Assembly: GCA_016295795.1 (NCBI GenBank)
Contig: JAEDKN010000004.1
Span: 1 to 62,852, forward strand
DNA from: Bacilli bacterium
GTDB lineage: Bacteria > Bacillota_I > Bacilli_A > RF39 > UBA660
Length of the DNA: 62,852 nucleotides
Reading direction: 5' to 3'
Part shown: positions 29,201 to 39,569 of the stretch, piece after piece
Position numbering within the stretch: position 1 is the stretch's first letter
Layout: each line of letters starts with the position of its first letter
Made by a program: the position numbers and the translations under genes
Notes under the pieces: model-generated
Told to the model about the DNA's origin: nothing
The model's database searches: none
What the model saw: only the letters and a program-made list of their open reading frames with translations

Positions 29201-29496
29201 ACTACTACTGTGTATATGTCTGCAGTTTGCGATTCTGTTGTTACTTTATCTTTACCTTTTGCGGTTAAAGTAACATTATAAATTCCTTCTTCATCTGTTT
29301 TTGTTACTGTTTTCTTTAACTCTACATCACCGGCATTAGTGATAGATCCAACAGTATTCTCTTCATTTTTCACATCGCCCTTTTCTGGAGCATTAGCAAA
29401 AACTGAAGTTGAATATCCGAAGCTAGTAAATAGAATAGTTGCTGCTAATATTATTCTAAGTGTTGCTTCTAATTTTTGTTTTATTGTTTTTCTCAT
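26254..29496 (-). CDS. Sortase-anchored surface protein: signal peptide, vWA (MIDAS) domain, Ig-like stalk, nine MucBP-like modules, PPNTG sorting signal
   Basis: MIDAS 'LDTSGSM ... TNLG ... LSDG'. Nine modules of about 74 aa starting 'DLSYTV.YY'. C-terminus 'PPNTG' plus hydrophobic helix plus 'RRKQEN'. Confidence 0.85.
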   Translation of the reverse strand: MRKTIKQKLEATLRIILAATILFTSFGYSTSVFANAPEKGDVKNEENTVGSITNAGDVELKKTVTKTDEEGIYNVTLTAKGKDKVTTESQTADIYTVVVLDTSGSMEDKVCVKWGLFLCKEYEDIKYPEAVKGTKVFANTLLDKYPNAQLALLTFSTDVTEKRVFYNKNFDDVTYPDPDGLTNLGAAIQKADQMLEAKKKDNPNAKLYMVILSDGYPERETVNHTTAANHAKNTTGIEIYTIGYDTNNETKALLQGVASSLDHYSDANGADVAQKFSDIAGSIEVSVPAATNATITDVIADGFTYVEGSADPDTATVNGQTISFDVGTLTKEGTTVSFKIKIDKDLETGWHRTNDIASISYDESDEPKTITDSSEVYWVQQEYDYTINYYQDSLDGTKLGSVTGKAVKDTQIATSDVKINKFKPSTGYQDGVIVTDMPYVIIDGENVINVVYSKKNDLSYTVEYYKDGEKISNDSENTVTGQTFGNKITEDKISKNKYKPLLGYTDGTIETDMPYTIIDGENIITVCYVKRTDMSYTVKYLEKDTEKELLDSEVRTGKTYEETYTETAKTAPYGYKLVGESTQEVKVDEENKVVKFYYEKKTDLSYTVNYYQDSLDGKLLGNSTIDGKTFEEQVTADEIDVNAFRPNGYKDGIIATDMPYTIIDGENVINVVYSIKDDLSYTVNYYQDSLDGKLLGSEEFDKQIFGTQILPQNIETNKFKPTSGYQDGVIVTEMPYVIIDGENVINVVYSKKNDLSYTVEYYKDGEKISNDSENTVTGQTFGNKITEDKISKNKYKPLLGYTDGTIETDMPYTIIDGENIITVCYVKRTDMSYTVKYLEKDTEKELLDSEVRTGKTYEETYTETAKTAPYGYKLVGESTQEVKVDEENKVVKFYYEKKTDLSYTVNYYQDSLDGKLLGNSTIDGKTFEEQVTADEIDVNAFRPNGYKDGIIATDMPYTIIDGENVINVVYSIKDDLTYRVEYYYDGEIDSSKTEYFENVTFGTVITNYKDKLPEGYKFVSDNAPLTIQDSQDNVIRVYYETVPQGDITPPNTGINSTNYLPLIYLAGALIVAISRRKQEN
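26581..28362. repeat. Head-to-tail 891-bp (297-codon) tandem duplication inside the surface-protein gene
   Basis: I compared the two copies line by line. 26600-27297 is identical to 27491-28188 (698 bp, period 891). The flanks are similar but diverged. Confidence 0.95.
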
Positions 29497-29505
29497 AGTT
29501 TCCTC

Positions 29506-30228
29506 CTATTTAATTTTTTTCGCATTTATAATCAAATAAGAATCATCAGGTTCATAATAACAAGTCTGAAGAGTAATGATCCTATCATTTAAACTTGCTT
29601 CAACATCAGTATTATAAATCGAATTATTCTTCATCCAATCTAAATGCTTTATCCACTCTGAATCATTAAAAGTTATTTTCATGTGTCTATTATCATTTTT
29701 TTCTAATATCATAACAGAAAATATCTCCCAAGTGCTTTTTTCATCGTTTAGAGTAAGTTCAACATATTTATTTTGCTTATAAAAGCTTTCATTTAAATAT
29801 TTCTCTAAATCATGAAAGGGCGCACTTTTTAATGTTTCAGAGTTATGCCCATAAATCAATAACTTTCTGTCATTCATGTTGTTTCTATAATCCATAAAGA
29901 TAGTACCTCTAGAATCCTTTTTCCCATTTGGAAGATGGTTCAAATAATATTCATTGTTATCAGTTTGAACTAGTATATTATCGATATTAGTCCCATCAAT
30001 TTTGATTCTACCAATAATATCTTTATTGATTTCACTCGCAACTTCTTTTTGTGTTGTTTTAGTATCTTCCTTTTCTTCTTTGCCTTCTAAATTATTTATA
30101 GTATCATAATTATTAAAAGTTGAGCTTGTAACAATCTGCCCTCCTTTTTCAAATATCGTTATAAATAGTATTAGAAATAAAATAATTACTAAAGCAACCA
30201 CTCTTATTATTTTTTTTGGCTTATTCAT
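29506..30228 (-). CDS. srtB: Class B-type sortase
   Basis: TM anchor, 'NKDIIGRIKIDGTNIDNILVQ', 'YYLNH', 'GTIFMDYRN', 'LLIYGHN', catalytic 'ITLQTC'. Start trimmed to MNKPKK after a GGGGG RBS. Confidence 0.85.
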   Translation of the reverse strand: MNKPKKIIRVVALVIILFLILFITIFEKGGQIVTSSTFNNYDTINNLEGKEEKEDTKTTQKEVASEINKDIIGRIKIDGTNIDNILVQTDNNEYYLNHLPNGKKDSRGTIFMDYRNNMNDRKLLIYGHNSETLKSAPFHDLEKYLNESFYKQNKYVELTLNDEKSTWEIFSVMILEKNDNRHMKITFNDSEWIKHLDWMKNNSIYNTDVEASLNDRIITLQTCYYEPDDSYLIINAKKIK

Positions 30229-30428
30229 AATCATAACCCCCAAATTAACTATGATAACCTTCTTTTCCCGAGTACGGCTTACTATAATAATGGAAAGAGG
30301 AAATTTTGTCAATAATTTTTTCGTTTCACATTGTTATTATGTTCCAAAAATAATTTTTTTATATAAGAAATATTAAAAAAACTAATTTATGGGCACTATA
30401 TTATATTATTTATAATAAAAAATAGGAC

Positions 30429-30452
30429 AAAAAAAAGAGTAGATATCTACTC
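30429..30452 (-). terminator. dnaJ operon terminator
   Basis: Perfect palindrome gagtagatatctactc (30437-30452) followed on the minus strand by T8. Confidence 0.7.
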
Positions 30453-31573
30453 TAATGATTATTTCTTACAAATTTGTTAAAGTTATTCAACTCACTATTA
30501 CCTAAATCCGTTTTATTTAATTCTTCTAATAATTTCTTTTGATCTCTAGATAACTTTTGAGGACTTATTACTTTTAATACAGCATACATATCTCCAGTTC
30601 TTCTATCTGATTCATTAATTATACCTTTTCCTCTTAGTCTGTGCTTATCTCCATTATTTGAACCAGCTGGAATTGTTAATGTTACGTTACCATGAATAGT
30701 TGGAATTTCCTTTTTACATCCTAATATCGCTTCTGTTATTGTTAATGGAACTTCAATATAAATATCATTGCCTTCTCTTTGATAGAACTTATGGTCTTCC
30801 ACTATGAACTCTAAATATAAATCTCCTGGTGAACCACCATTACTTCCAGCTTCACCTTTTCCTGAAAGTCTAAGCCTATTACCATTATCAACTCCACTTG
30901 GAATACTTACAGTTATAGTTTTCTTTTCTTTAGTATATCCCTTACCATTACAAGAATTACATTTTTCCTTATATGTTTTACCTTTTCCTTCGCATGCTGG
31001 ACAAGTAGTTTTTGTCATAAAAGAACCTAAAATAGTTCTTTGTTCAGAGGTAATACTACCACTTCCATGACAAGTATTACAAACTTCTTCTCCAAATCCA
31101 CCTTTGCCATTACATTTATCACAAGTATCATTAATTTCTAATGAAAGATCTTTTTTACATCCATATGCAGCTTCTTCAAATGAAAGTCTAATTCTCATTA
31201 ATCTGTCAGCACCTCTAGTTGCTCTAGACCTAGATCTATTTGACCCTCCAAAACCGAAACCACTACCAAAAATATTATCAAATATATCGCCAAAGTCAAA
31301 ATCAGAAAAATCAAATCCACCAAATCCTGATGAGGAACCCCCTCCCCCATTATCAAATGCTGCATGGCCAAATTGATCATATTGGCGTCTTCTTTGTTCA
31401 TCTGATAAAACAGCATAAGCTTCTTGGACTTCCTTAAATTTTTCCTCAGCATCAGGTTCTTTACAAACATCTGGGTGATACTTCTTAGCTAACTTTCTAA
31501 AAGCACTTTTTATTTCATCTTGACTAGCAGTTTTAGAAACACCTAAAACCTCATAATAATCACGTTTTTCCAT
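30452..31573 (-). CDS. dnaJ: Chaperone DnaJ
   Basis: J-domain 'DYYEVLGV...KYHPD', G/F-rich linker, four CxxCxGxG zinc motifs. ATG at 31573 after GAAGGTGA. Confidence 0.97.
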   Translation of the reverse strand: MEKRDYYEVLGVSKTASQDEIKSAFRKLAKKYHPDVCKEPDAEEKFKEVQEAYAVLSDEQRRRQYDQFGHAAFDNGGGGSSSGFGGFDFSDFDFGDIFDNIFGSGFGFGGSNRSRSRATRGADRLMRIRLSFEEAAYGCKKDLSLEINDTCDKCNGKGGFGEEVCNTCHGSGSITSEQRTILGSFMTKTTCPACEGKGKTYKEKCNSCNGKGYTKEKKTITVSIPSGVDNGNRLRLSGKGEAGSNGGSPGDLYLEFIVEDHKFYQREGNDIYIEVPLTITEAILGCKKEIPTIHGNVTLTIPAGSNNGDKHRLRGKGIINESDRRTGDMYAVLKVISPQKLSRDQKKLLEELNKTDLGNSELNNFNKFVRNNH

Positions 31574-31585
31574 ATACTTCACCTT

Positions 31586-33403
31586 CTATTTATTATATGT
31601 TTCATTATATAGTTTTTCAAATTCTTCTATTACATCATCGAACATTTTAATAGAACTTTCTATAACTTCTTTCTTATTCATATCAACACCTGCAATTTTT
31701 AATTCTTCAATAGGATAATCTCTTCCACCTGTTTTTAAGAATTCTAAATAGTCACTAACAGCGTTTTCTTCATTATTTAATATACGATTTACTATATGAC
31801 AAGCAGCTGCAAGTCCAGTTGCATACTTATAAACGTAGAAATCATAATAGAAATGAGGAACTTTCTCCCACTCATATTTAATCTTATCATCTATTACTAC
31901 ATCTGGACCAAAATATTTTTTATTTAAATCATAATATACGTCATTTATAACTTCAGCGGTTAATACTATGCCATTTTGTTCTTTCTCATAGATTTGCTTT
32001 TCAAAACATGCAAACATAGTTTGACGATATATTGTTGTTCTAAAAAGTTCCATCATACGATTTAGTATATCTAATTTTTCTTTGTTATCATTACTATTTT
32101 TCAACATATATTTAGCAAGTAACAATTCATTTACTGTAGATGCAACCTCAGCTACAAATATCTTATACGAAGAATATTGATAAGGATTATTTAACCTAGA
32201 ATAATAACTATGCATAGAATGTCCAAGTTCATGCGCAAGTGTTGAAACATCAGTTAACTCTCCTTGATAATTAAGTAATATATAAGGATTTGTAGAATAA
32301 CTACCACTTGAATAAGCTCCACTTACTTTACCAACATTTGGATATATATCTATCCACCTCTCGGAAAATGCTTTATCTAATACTTTAGAATAATCATCTC
32401 CTAGTACAGAAAGTGCATTTTTAACTAAAGTCTTTGCCTCATCAAAAGAATAGTGTTTATTATTAGAATCATCCAACATTGAAACATAAACATCATATAA
32501 ATGTAATTCATTTAGTTTGAGTATCTTCTTTTTTAAAGCAAGATATTTATATAGAACATTAAGATTGTCTTCTACAGTCAAAATCAAATTATTATATACA
32601 GCAATATCGATATTATCAGAGAATAATGATGCTTCAAGAGCACTATTATATTTTCTTATTTTACTGATAGTGGTATTAGCTTTAACATCGTTTGCAAGCA
32701 TTAAAGATATAGTGTTTTTATATTTAGAATATCCATCATATAATGCATTAAATGCATCTCTTCTAACTCTTCTATCCTTAGATTTAATAAATATAGAAAA
32801 ATTAGAATCAGTAATCTCTACATCATTTCCGTATTCATCTTTTATAGTATCAAACTTTAATTCAGCATTTGTAAACATATCATATACGTCTTCAGGAAAA
32901 CCTATAGTCTGAGATAAACTAGATATTATTCTTTCTTCATTTTCACTTAAAATATGCTTTTTATTTCTATAAATATTTTCAAATACAAAACTATACTCTT
33001 TAAGCTTAGGATTATCTATATAAAATTTCTCTATTTTTTCATAATCACATTCCAATAATGTAGGAATTATAAATGATGATATTTCGCTGTAGTTTGTCAT
33101 TAAATTATGTACTTTACCATAAAGTGCTTGATACGATTGATTAGTAGTATCGCTATCTTTATTTAGATGTGCATACATATAAAGTTTATCTAATAAAATA
33201 TTGATTTTTTTGTCACTTTCTAAAACTTCGTATAAATCATTCGCACTATTCATCATAGTATCTTTTAATTTAGAAAATTCATTTATTAAACTACTAGTCA
33301 ATTCGTAATCATTCTCAAAATCTTCGATACTTTTGTATATAACTGACAAATCCCATTTATATTCATCTGATATTTCACTTCTTGTTTTAAGTATATTATC
33401 CAT
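31586..33403 (-). CDS. pepF: Oligoendopeptidase F (M3B)
   Basis: 605 aa. Zinc motif 'HELGHSMH'. Overall PepF pattern. Its stop lies inside the dnaJ RBS region. Confidence 0.9.
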   Translation of the reverse strand: MDNILKTRSEISDEYKWDLSVIYKSIEDFENDYELTSSLINEFSKLKDTMMNSANDLYEVLESDKKINILLDKLYMYAHLNKDSDTTNQSYQALYGKVHNLMTNYSEISSFIIPTLLECDYEKIEKFYIDNPKLKEYSFVFENIYRNKKHILSENEERIISSLSQTIGFPEDVYDMFTNAELKFDTIKDEYGNDVEITDSNFSIFIKSKDRRVRRDAFNALYDGYSKYKNTISLMLANDVKANTTISKIRKYNSALEASLFSDNIDIAVYNNLILTVEDNLNVLYKYLALKKKILKLNELHLYDVYVSMLDDSNNKHYSFDEAKTLVKNALSVLGDDYSKVLDKAFSERWIDIYPNVGKVSGAYSSGSYSTNPYILLNYQGELTDVSTLAHELGHSMHSYYSRLNNPYQYSSYKIFVAEVASTVNELLLAKYMLKNSNDNKEKLDILNRMMELFRTTIYRQTMFACFEKQIYEKEQNGIVLTAEVINDVYYDLNKKYFGPDVVIDDKIKYEWEKVPHFYYDFYVYKYATGLAAACHIVNRILNNEENAVSDYLEFLKTGGRDYPIEELKIAGVDMNKKEVIESSIKMFDDVIEEFEKLYNETYNK

Positions 33404-33420
33404 ATTTTCTCCTATCTGGA

Positions 33421-33448
33421 AGAAAGTCCTAGATAACTAGAACTTTCT
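33421..33448 (-). terminator. Stem-loop between dnaK and pepF (partial terminator or processing site?)
   Basis: agaaagtcctag-ataa-ctagaactttct: 12-bp arms with one mismatch and no clear T-run. Confidence 0.35.
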
Positions 33449-33463
33449 TTTATTTATTATTTT

Positions 33464-35296
<1,833 letters not shown>

Positions 35297-35313
35297 TCAT
35301 CTCTCCTTTATTA

Positions 35314-35895
35314 TTAATCTATTTTATTTACTTTTACTTTTGATGCTCGTATAACTCGACCTTTTAACATATAACCTTTATTAAATACTTCAAGGATTAT
35401 ATCGTTTTCTTTCTCTTCATCAGAACCAATCATTACTGCCTCATGAAGATTAGGATCAAATTCTAATCCTAAAGCTGGTATTTCCTCAACACCAAATTTC
35501 TTTAAAGTATCTACTAAATGATTATATAATAACTTATAACCTTCTGTATATTTGTCGAAATCTTTAAATTCACTCTTCATATTAAGAGCTCTTTCAAAAT
35601 TATCTAAAACAGGCAATAGCTCAACTATTAAATCCATGTTAGCATATTTAAGCATATTTGAAGTTTCTTCATCTTTTCTTTTTCTATAGTTTATAAGTTC
35701 TGCTTGTGTCAACTTAATTTTTTCCTCTAAATTTTCTATATTGTTCTTCAATATTAAGATTTCTTCTTCACTTTGATCACACAAATTATCATTATCACTG
35801 CTAACTTTCTCTAGATTTTCATCTACATTAATATCTGGATTTTCACATTCATCACAGTGCTGTTTCTTATCTTTTTCTTCTTTGCTTTTTTTCAT
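35314..35895 (-). CDS. grpE: Nucleotide exchange factor GrpE
   Basis: Coiled-coil N-terminus, 'RKRKDEE', 'LLPVLDNFERAL', 'GYMLKGRVIRASKV'. Confidence 0.95.
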   Translation of the reverse strand: MKKSKEEKDKKQHCDECENPDINVDENLEKVSSDNDNLCDQSEEEILILKNNIENLEEKIKLTQAELINYRKRKDEETSNMLKYANMDLIVELLPVLDNFERALNMKSEFKDFDKYTEGYKLLYNHLVDTLKKFGVEEIPALGLEFDPNLHEAVMIGSDEEKENDIILEVFNKGYMLKGRVIRASKVKVNKID

Positions 35896-35902
35896 AAAAT
35901 CC

Positions 35903-36886
35903 CTATCTTTCTATATTTTCTTTAATAAACTCAAGAAGTTGAACAACACGATCATATTCCATCCTCTTAGGGCCTATAATCGCTATAGTTCCTTCTTCGA
36001 TTGGAGTTTTATATTTAGTTTTAATTATTGTCATATCTTCATCAAGATTGTTTTCTTTTCCAATGTAAATCTTAATATTATTATCCTGTGCTTCAACAGT
36101 ATTTATCAAATCATCATCTTCAAATTTATCAAATATTTTACTTACTTTATTTATGTCATTAAACTCAGGCTGTTTTAACATGTTTCTTCTTCCAACAATA
36201 TCTACATTTTTATTAGTAAAATTAGTAAAAACATTATAGAAAACATTATATAATCTTTCGTGTTCTTTTACATATCTACCTATTATAGGTTTCACTTCAA
36301 ACTCAAGCTTAGCACCCACTTCATCAATAGGAGTACCAGATATCATGTTATTTATAAGATCTACTGTTTTCTTAATTTCATCAGAACTAATATTAGAAAC
36401 GTTTATTCTCTTATGTTCAACATATCCTCTATCTGTTATTACAATTACTATCATGTTATCAGAATCAAGTGGTACTACTTGTATTTCTTTTAAATTGTTT
36501 TCATGAGAAGTTTTTCCTAATTTTATAGATGTACAATTTGTTATATCAGAAACTATCTCTAAGCTCTTTTTAATACAGTCATTTAATTCCAATTGATTGT
36601 TTTTAAATATTATTTGAAGTTTTAACATGTCTTCTGCACTCATCTTTTTTAATTCCATTAGATTATCTACATAATATCTATATCCTGCCTCTGATGGAAT
36701 TCTTCCTGATGATGTATGTGTTTTTTCAAGAAGTCCCAATTCTTCTAACGAAGCCATTTCACTTCTTACTGTTGCACTAGAACAATTAAGTTCATCACAT
36801 ATTAAATTTGAACTAACAGGTTTAGCTAACTTTATATATTCTAAAACGATAATCTTTAAAATTTCGTTTTGGCGTTTAGTTAGCAT
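35903..36886 (-). CDS. hrcA: Heat-inducible transcription repressor HrcA
   Basis: 'LTKRQNEILKIIVLEYIKLAKPVSS', 'SSATVRSEMASLEELGLLEKTHTSSGRIP'. ATG at 36886 after GGAGGTGG. The track ORF is GTG-extended. Confidence 0.95.
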   Translation of the reverse strand: MLTKRQNEILKIIVLEYIKLAKPVSSNLICDELNCSSATVRSEMASLEELGLLEKTHTSSGRIPSEAGYRYYVDNLMELKKMSAEDMLKLQIIFKNNQLELNDCIKKSLEIVSDITNCTSIKLGKTSHENNLKEIQVVPLDSDNMIVIVITDRGYVEHKRINVSNISSDEIKKTVDLINNMISGTPIDEVGAKLEFEVKPIIGRYVKEHERLYNVFYNVFTNFTNKNVDIVGRRNMLKQPEFNDINKVSKIFDKFEDDDLINTVEAQDNNIKIYIGKENNLDEDMTIIKTKYKTPIEEGTIAIIGPKRMEYDRVVQLLEFIKENIER

Positions 36887-36897
36887 ACTACCACCTC

Positions 36898-36924
36898 CTA
36901 GCACTCTTGATTTCCGAATGCTAA
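36898..36924. promoter_or_regulatory. CIRCE operator, proximal copy
   Basis: CTAGCACTC-N9-GAATGCTAA versus the consensus TTAGCACTC-N9-GAGTGCTAA. Abuts the hrcA RBS. Confidence 0.7.
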
Positions 36925-36943
36925 TATCATTATAATATTATGC

Positions 36944-36971
36944 TTAGCACTTGTCAATATATGAGTGCTAA
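36944..36971. promoter_or_regulatory. CIRCE operator, distal copy
   Basis: TTAGCACTT-N10-GAGTGCTAA. Arms are near-consensus; the spacer is 1 nt longer than canonical. Confidence 0.7.
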
Positions 36972-37075
36972 TTTTTTTTAATTTTTTTTTAGATAATGTA
37001 AATTTACATAACTATTATGGTTTATTTTAGGAAATTTTAAGCATGTTTGTTATAATTAGATTGAGGTGAAAAAAG

Positions 37076-37984
37076 TTGAGCAATATTGTATTAAAATGCG
37101 AAAATTTAAATAAAAGTTTTGGCAAAAAGAAAATATTAACAGATGTCTCTTTTGAAATAAGCAAAGGAGATATACTTGGTTTTATTGGGCCTAATGGCAG
37201 TGGAAAAACTACCACTATCAAATTGATATTGGGCCTTAATAGTATAAACAGTGGTAAAGTTACAATTAATGGCTTTGATATTGAAAAAGATTTTGAAAGA
37301 GCAATTCAAAAAGTTGGTGCAATAGTAGAAAATCCAGATATGTATATGTATTTATCAGGATATGAAAATTTGAAGTTGATTGCTAAACTCTACAAAGGAA
37401 TTTCTAAAGAAAGAATCGATGAAGTTGTAAAACTAGTCAAATTAGAAGGAAGAATTAAAGACAAAGTATCAAAATATTCATTAGGAATGAGACAACGATT
37501 AGGTATTGCACAAGCACTTCTTAACCATCCTAATTTACTCATTCTAGATGAGCCCACTAACGGACTAGATCCAGAAGGTATTAAAGAGTTAAGAGATTTA
37601 CTAAAAAGCTTAGCTAAAAAAGAAAATATAGCGGTATTAATATCTAGCCACAACCTTGCCGAATTAGAAAATTTTTGTAATAAAGTTTGTATAATTCAAA
37701 ATGGCAAAGTTATAGAAACAAGCGAAGTTAAGAAATTAAAAAAAGAAATTATAGAATCTAGCTATATTTTCGAAGTTGAAGATACTTCTAATATAAATAA
37801 CATAATTAAAAATGCTAATGTAATCGATGATAGTCATTTTATTGTTAATATTCAAAGAGAAGAAATACCAGAGGTAATTGCTAATTTAGTAAATAAAAAA
37901 ATACCAATTTATGAAGTAAAAGAAAATATAGTATCCCTTGAAGAAGCCTTCTTAAACAAGACTGGAGGTAATAAAATTGATTAA
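37076..37984 (+). CDS. ABC transporter ATP-binding protein (ABC-2 / bacitracin-type subfamily)
   Basis: Walker A 'GPNGSGKTT', signature 'YSLGMRQR', Walker B 'LLILDEP'. TTG start after GAGGTGA. Confidence 0.9.
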   Translation: MSNIVLKCENLNKSFGKKKILTDVSFEISKGDILGFIGPNGSGKTTTIKLILGLNSINSGKVTINGFDIEKDFERAIQKVGAIVENPDMYMYLSGYENLKLIAKLYKGISKERIDEVVKLVKLEGRIKDKVSKYSLGMRQRLGIAQALLNHPNLLILDEPTNGLDPEGIKELRDLLKSLAKKENIAVLISSHNLAELENFCNKVCIIQNGKVIETSEVKKLKKEIIESSYIFEVEDTSNINNIIKNANVIDDSHFIVNIQREEIPEVIANLVNKKIPIYEVKENIVSLEEAFLNKTGGNKID

Positions 37985-39458
37985 TCTAATTAAAAATGAA
38001 TTAACTAAAATCTTTAAAAAGAAGAGCATTTATATTTTACTTGCAATAATGCTTGCTTTTATAACATTAAATACATTTTTAATCAATAAATATGGTATAG
38101 AAACTGAAAGTGATATACAATATTCAGAAGAAAATGATATTGAATTTATAAAAGAAAACTTAGAATCATATAATAAAGAAAATATTGAAGAAAAGAAACA
38201 ATACTATTATGATCTTTCAGAAATAGAAATATATGATCTAGCTAAAAAATATAAAGAAACTTGGAAGTCTGCACTCATAAAGGAAAAGCTTAGTGATGTT
38301 ATACATAACATGAATAATTCTAAATATATAGAAAAAGATGAAGAATCATATAGAAAGTACAAAAAAGAATATGACACCTTCTTAAATGAGCTTGATTCAC
38401 ACGATTGGAAGTATTTTGCTAATAAAGAAATAAAAGATTTTGAAAATCAAATAGCTAACATTGAAAGTCAAAAAAAAGATGCTTCTAAGGAGGAAAAAGA
38501 AGAATATGATGGATTAATTCAAATATTAAAGAATAAAATTGAAAAAGTAAAATTAAGAATCGAGAAGAATATTCCCTACTCTAATACTTACTTAGAAGAT
38601 GCACTACGTAATTATCAGGTTAATTTTCAAACATATGACGAATATAAAAAATCAGTATCTGAAAATAGTGAAAAAACAACTTCTAAAAACGAATACAAAA
38701 TTAAAGGTGAATATATCGCACAAGCAACTGAAAATGCTGAAGCTAAATATATGATTGATAACAAAACAAATTTAAACAATAGTAAAACAGTAAGAAATAT
38801 GTTAATAAATACAGTAAGTGATAATTTCTTATTCATAATCATAATAATAGCATCAATCGCAGGTTCTATTGTTTCATCAGAATTTGATAAAGGTACTATA
38901 AAATTGTTACTTGTAAGACCTTATAGTAGAACAAAAATTCTTCTATCAAAATATATAGTTACACTATTTACAATTTTATTTTCAATATTAGCTGCACTAA
39001 TAATGCAATTAATAATTGGTGGAATATTCTTTGGTTTTGATAGTTTATCTATCCCAGTTGTTGTATATAACTTTACAGCTGATAAAGTAATGTATATTAA
39101 TTTATTTAAATATATATTTGATAATATACTAGCAATACTACCAGAATTTATATTGCTTGCAACACTTGGATTTGCTATATCAGTAATTACAAACGTTTCA
39201 ACTCTTGGAGTTGCAATTCCTATAGTTGGTTCTGGCGCTGCCGATATAATTAATGCATTTGCTAGTTTAGAAAACATTGAATCATTTAAATATTTTGTTA
39301 CACTAAATTGGAATTTTAGTAGTTACTTATATGGTGGAGTCGAACCATTTTGCGGAGTATCAATACCATTTTCTATTATAATCTGCATAGTGTATTTCTT
39401 ATTAATGATAATACCTACATTCTTAATATTTAAAAAAAGAAATATTAAGAACATATAA
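37977..39458 (+). CDS. ABC-2 type permease with large extracytoplasmic helical insert
   Basis: TM1 (aa 17-37), a soluble Lys/Glu-rich region of about 245 aa, then 5 TM segments. TTG start overlaps the ATPase stop. Confidence 0.75.
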   Translation: MINLIKNELTKIFKKKSIYILLAIMLAFITLNTFLINKYGIETESDIQYSEENDIEFIKENLESYNKENIEEKKQYYYDLSEIEIYDLAKKYKETWKSALIKEKLSDVIHNMNNSKYIEKDEESYRKYKKEYDTFLNELDSHDWKYFANKEIKDFENQIANIESQKKDASKEEKEEYDGLIQILKNKIEKVKLRIEKNIPYSNTYLEDALRNYQVNFQTYDEYKKSVSENSEKTTSKNEYKIKGEYIAQATENAEAKYMIDNKTNLNNSKTVRNMLINTVSDNFLFIIIIIASIAGSIVSSEFDKGTIKLLLVRPYSRTKILLSKYIVTLFTILFSILAALIMQLIIGGIFFGFDSLSIPVVVYNFTADKVMYINLFKYIFDNILAILPEFILLATLGFAISVITNVSTLGVAIPIVGSGAADIINAFASLENIESFKYFVTLNWNFSSYLYGGVEPFCGVSIPFSIIICIVYFLLMIIPTFLIFKKRNIKNI

Positions 39459-39486
39459 AAGCGATATCAATTGATAATTTAAACAC

Positions 39487-39524
39487 CAAAAAATACAAAT
39501 TATATGATTAATTTGTATTTTTTA
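39487..39524. terminator. Bidirectional intrinsic terminator
   Basis: 12-bp perfect arms aaatacaaatta / taatttgtattt (39491-39502, 39509-39520) flanked by A- and T-runs, between convergent genes. Confidence 0.7.
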
Positions 39525-39569
39525 TTTTTATATATTAAACAATAAACTCTTCTAAGCTTTATACTCCAT

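Noticed and set aside
26254-29496. Highly regular repeats that could be mistaken for a CRISPR array or satellite
   Set aside because: The repeats have a period of about 222 nt / 891 nt, are in frame, and encode MucBP-like protein modules inside one continuous 1080-aa ORF. There is no short repeat/spacer structure and there are no cas genes.
31104-31470. Three overlapping ORFs (31104-31376 +, 31198-31470 -, 31240-31437 +) inside dnaJ
   Set aside because: They lie within the well-conserved dnaJ G/F-rich and zinc-finger region. They are low-complexity shadow ORFs without RBSs.
35882-36493. Plus-strand ORFs 35882-36178 and 36260-36493 antisense to hrcA
   Set aside because: Their Phe/Ile/Asn/Tyr-rich translations are typical of antisense frames in AT-rich DNA, and hrcA on the opposite strand is unambiguous. 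The same reasoning applies to the other antisense track ORFs (for example 1054-1338, 3222-3578, 3840-4067, 13409-13621, 17805-18236, 23368-23691, 32517-32912, 38921-39277, 45372-45746, 53366-53686, 56482-56886, 58824-59114, 60797-61075).
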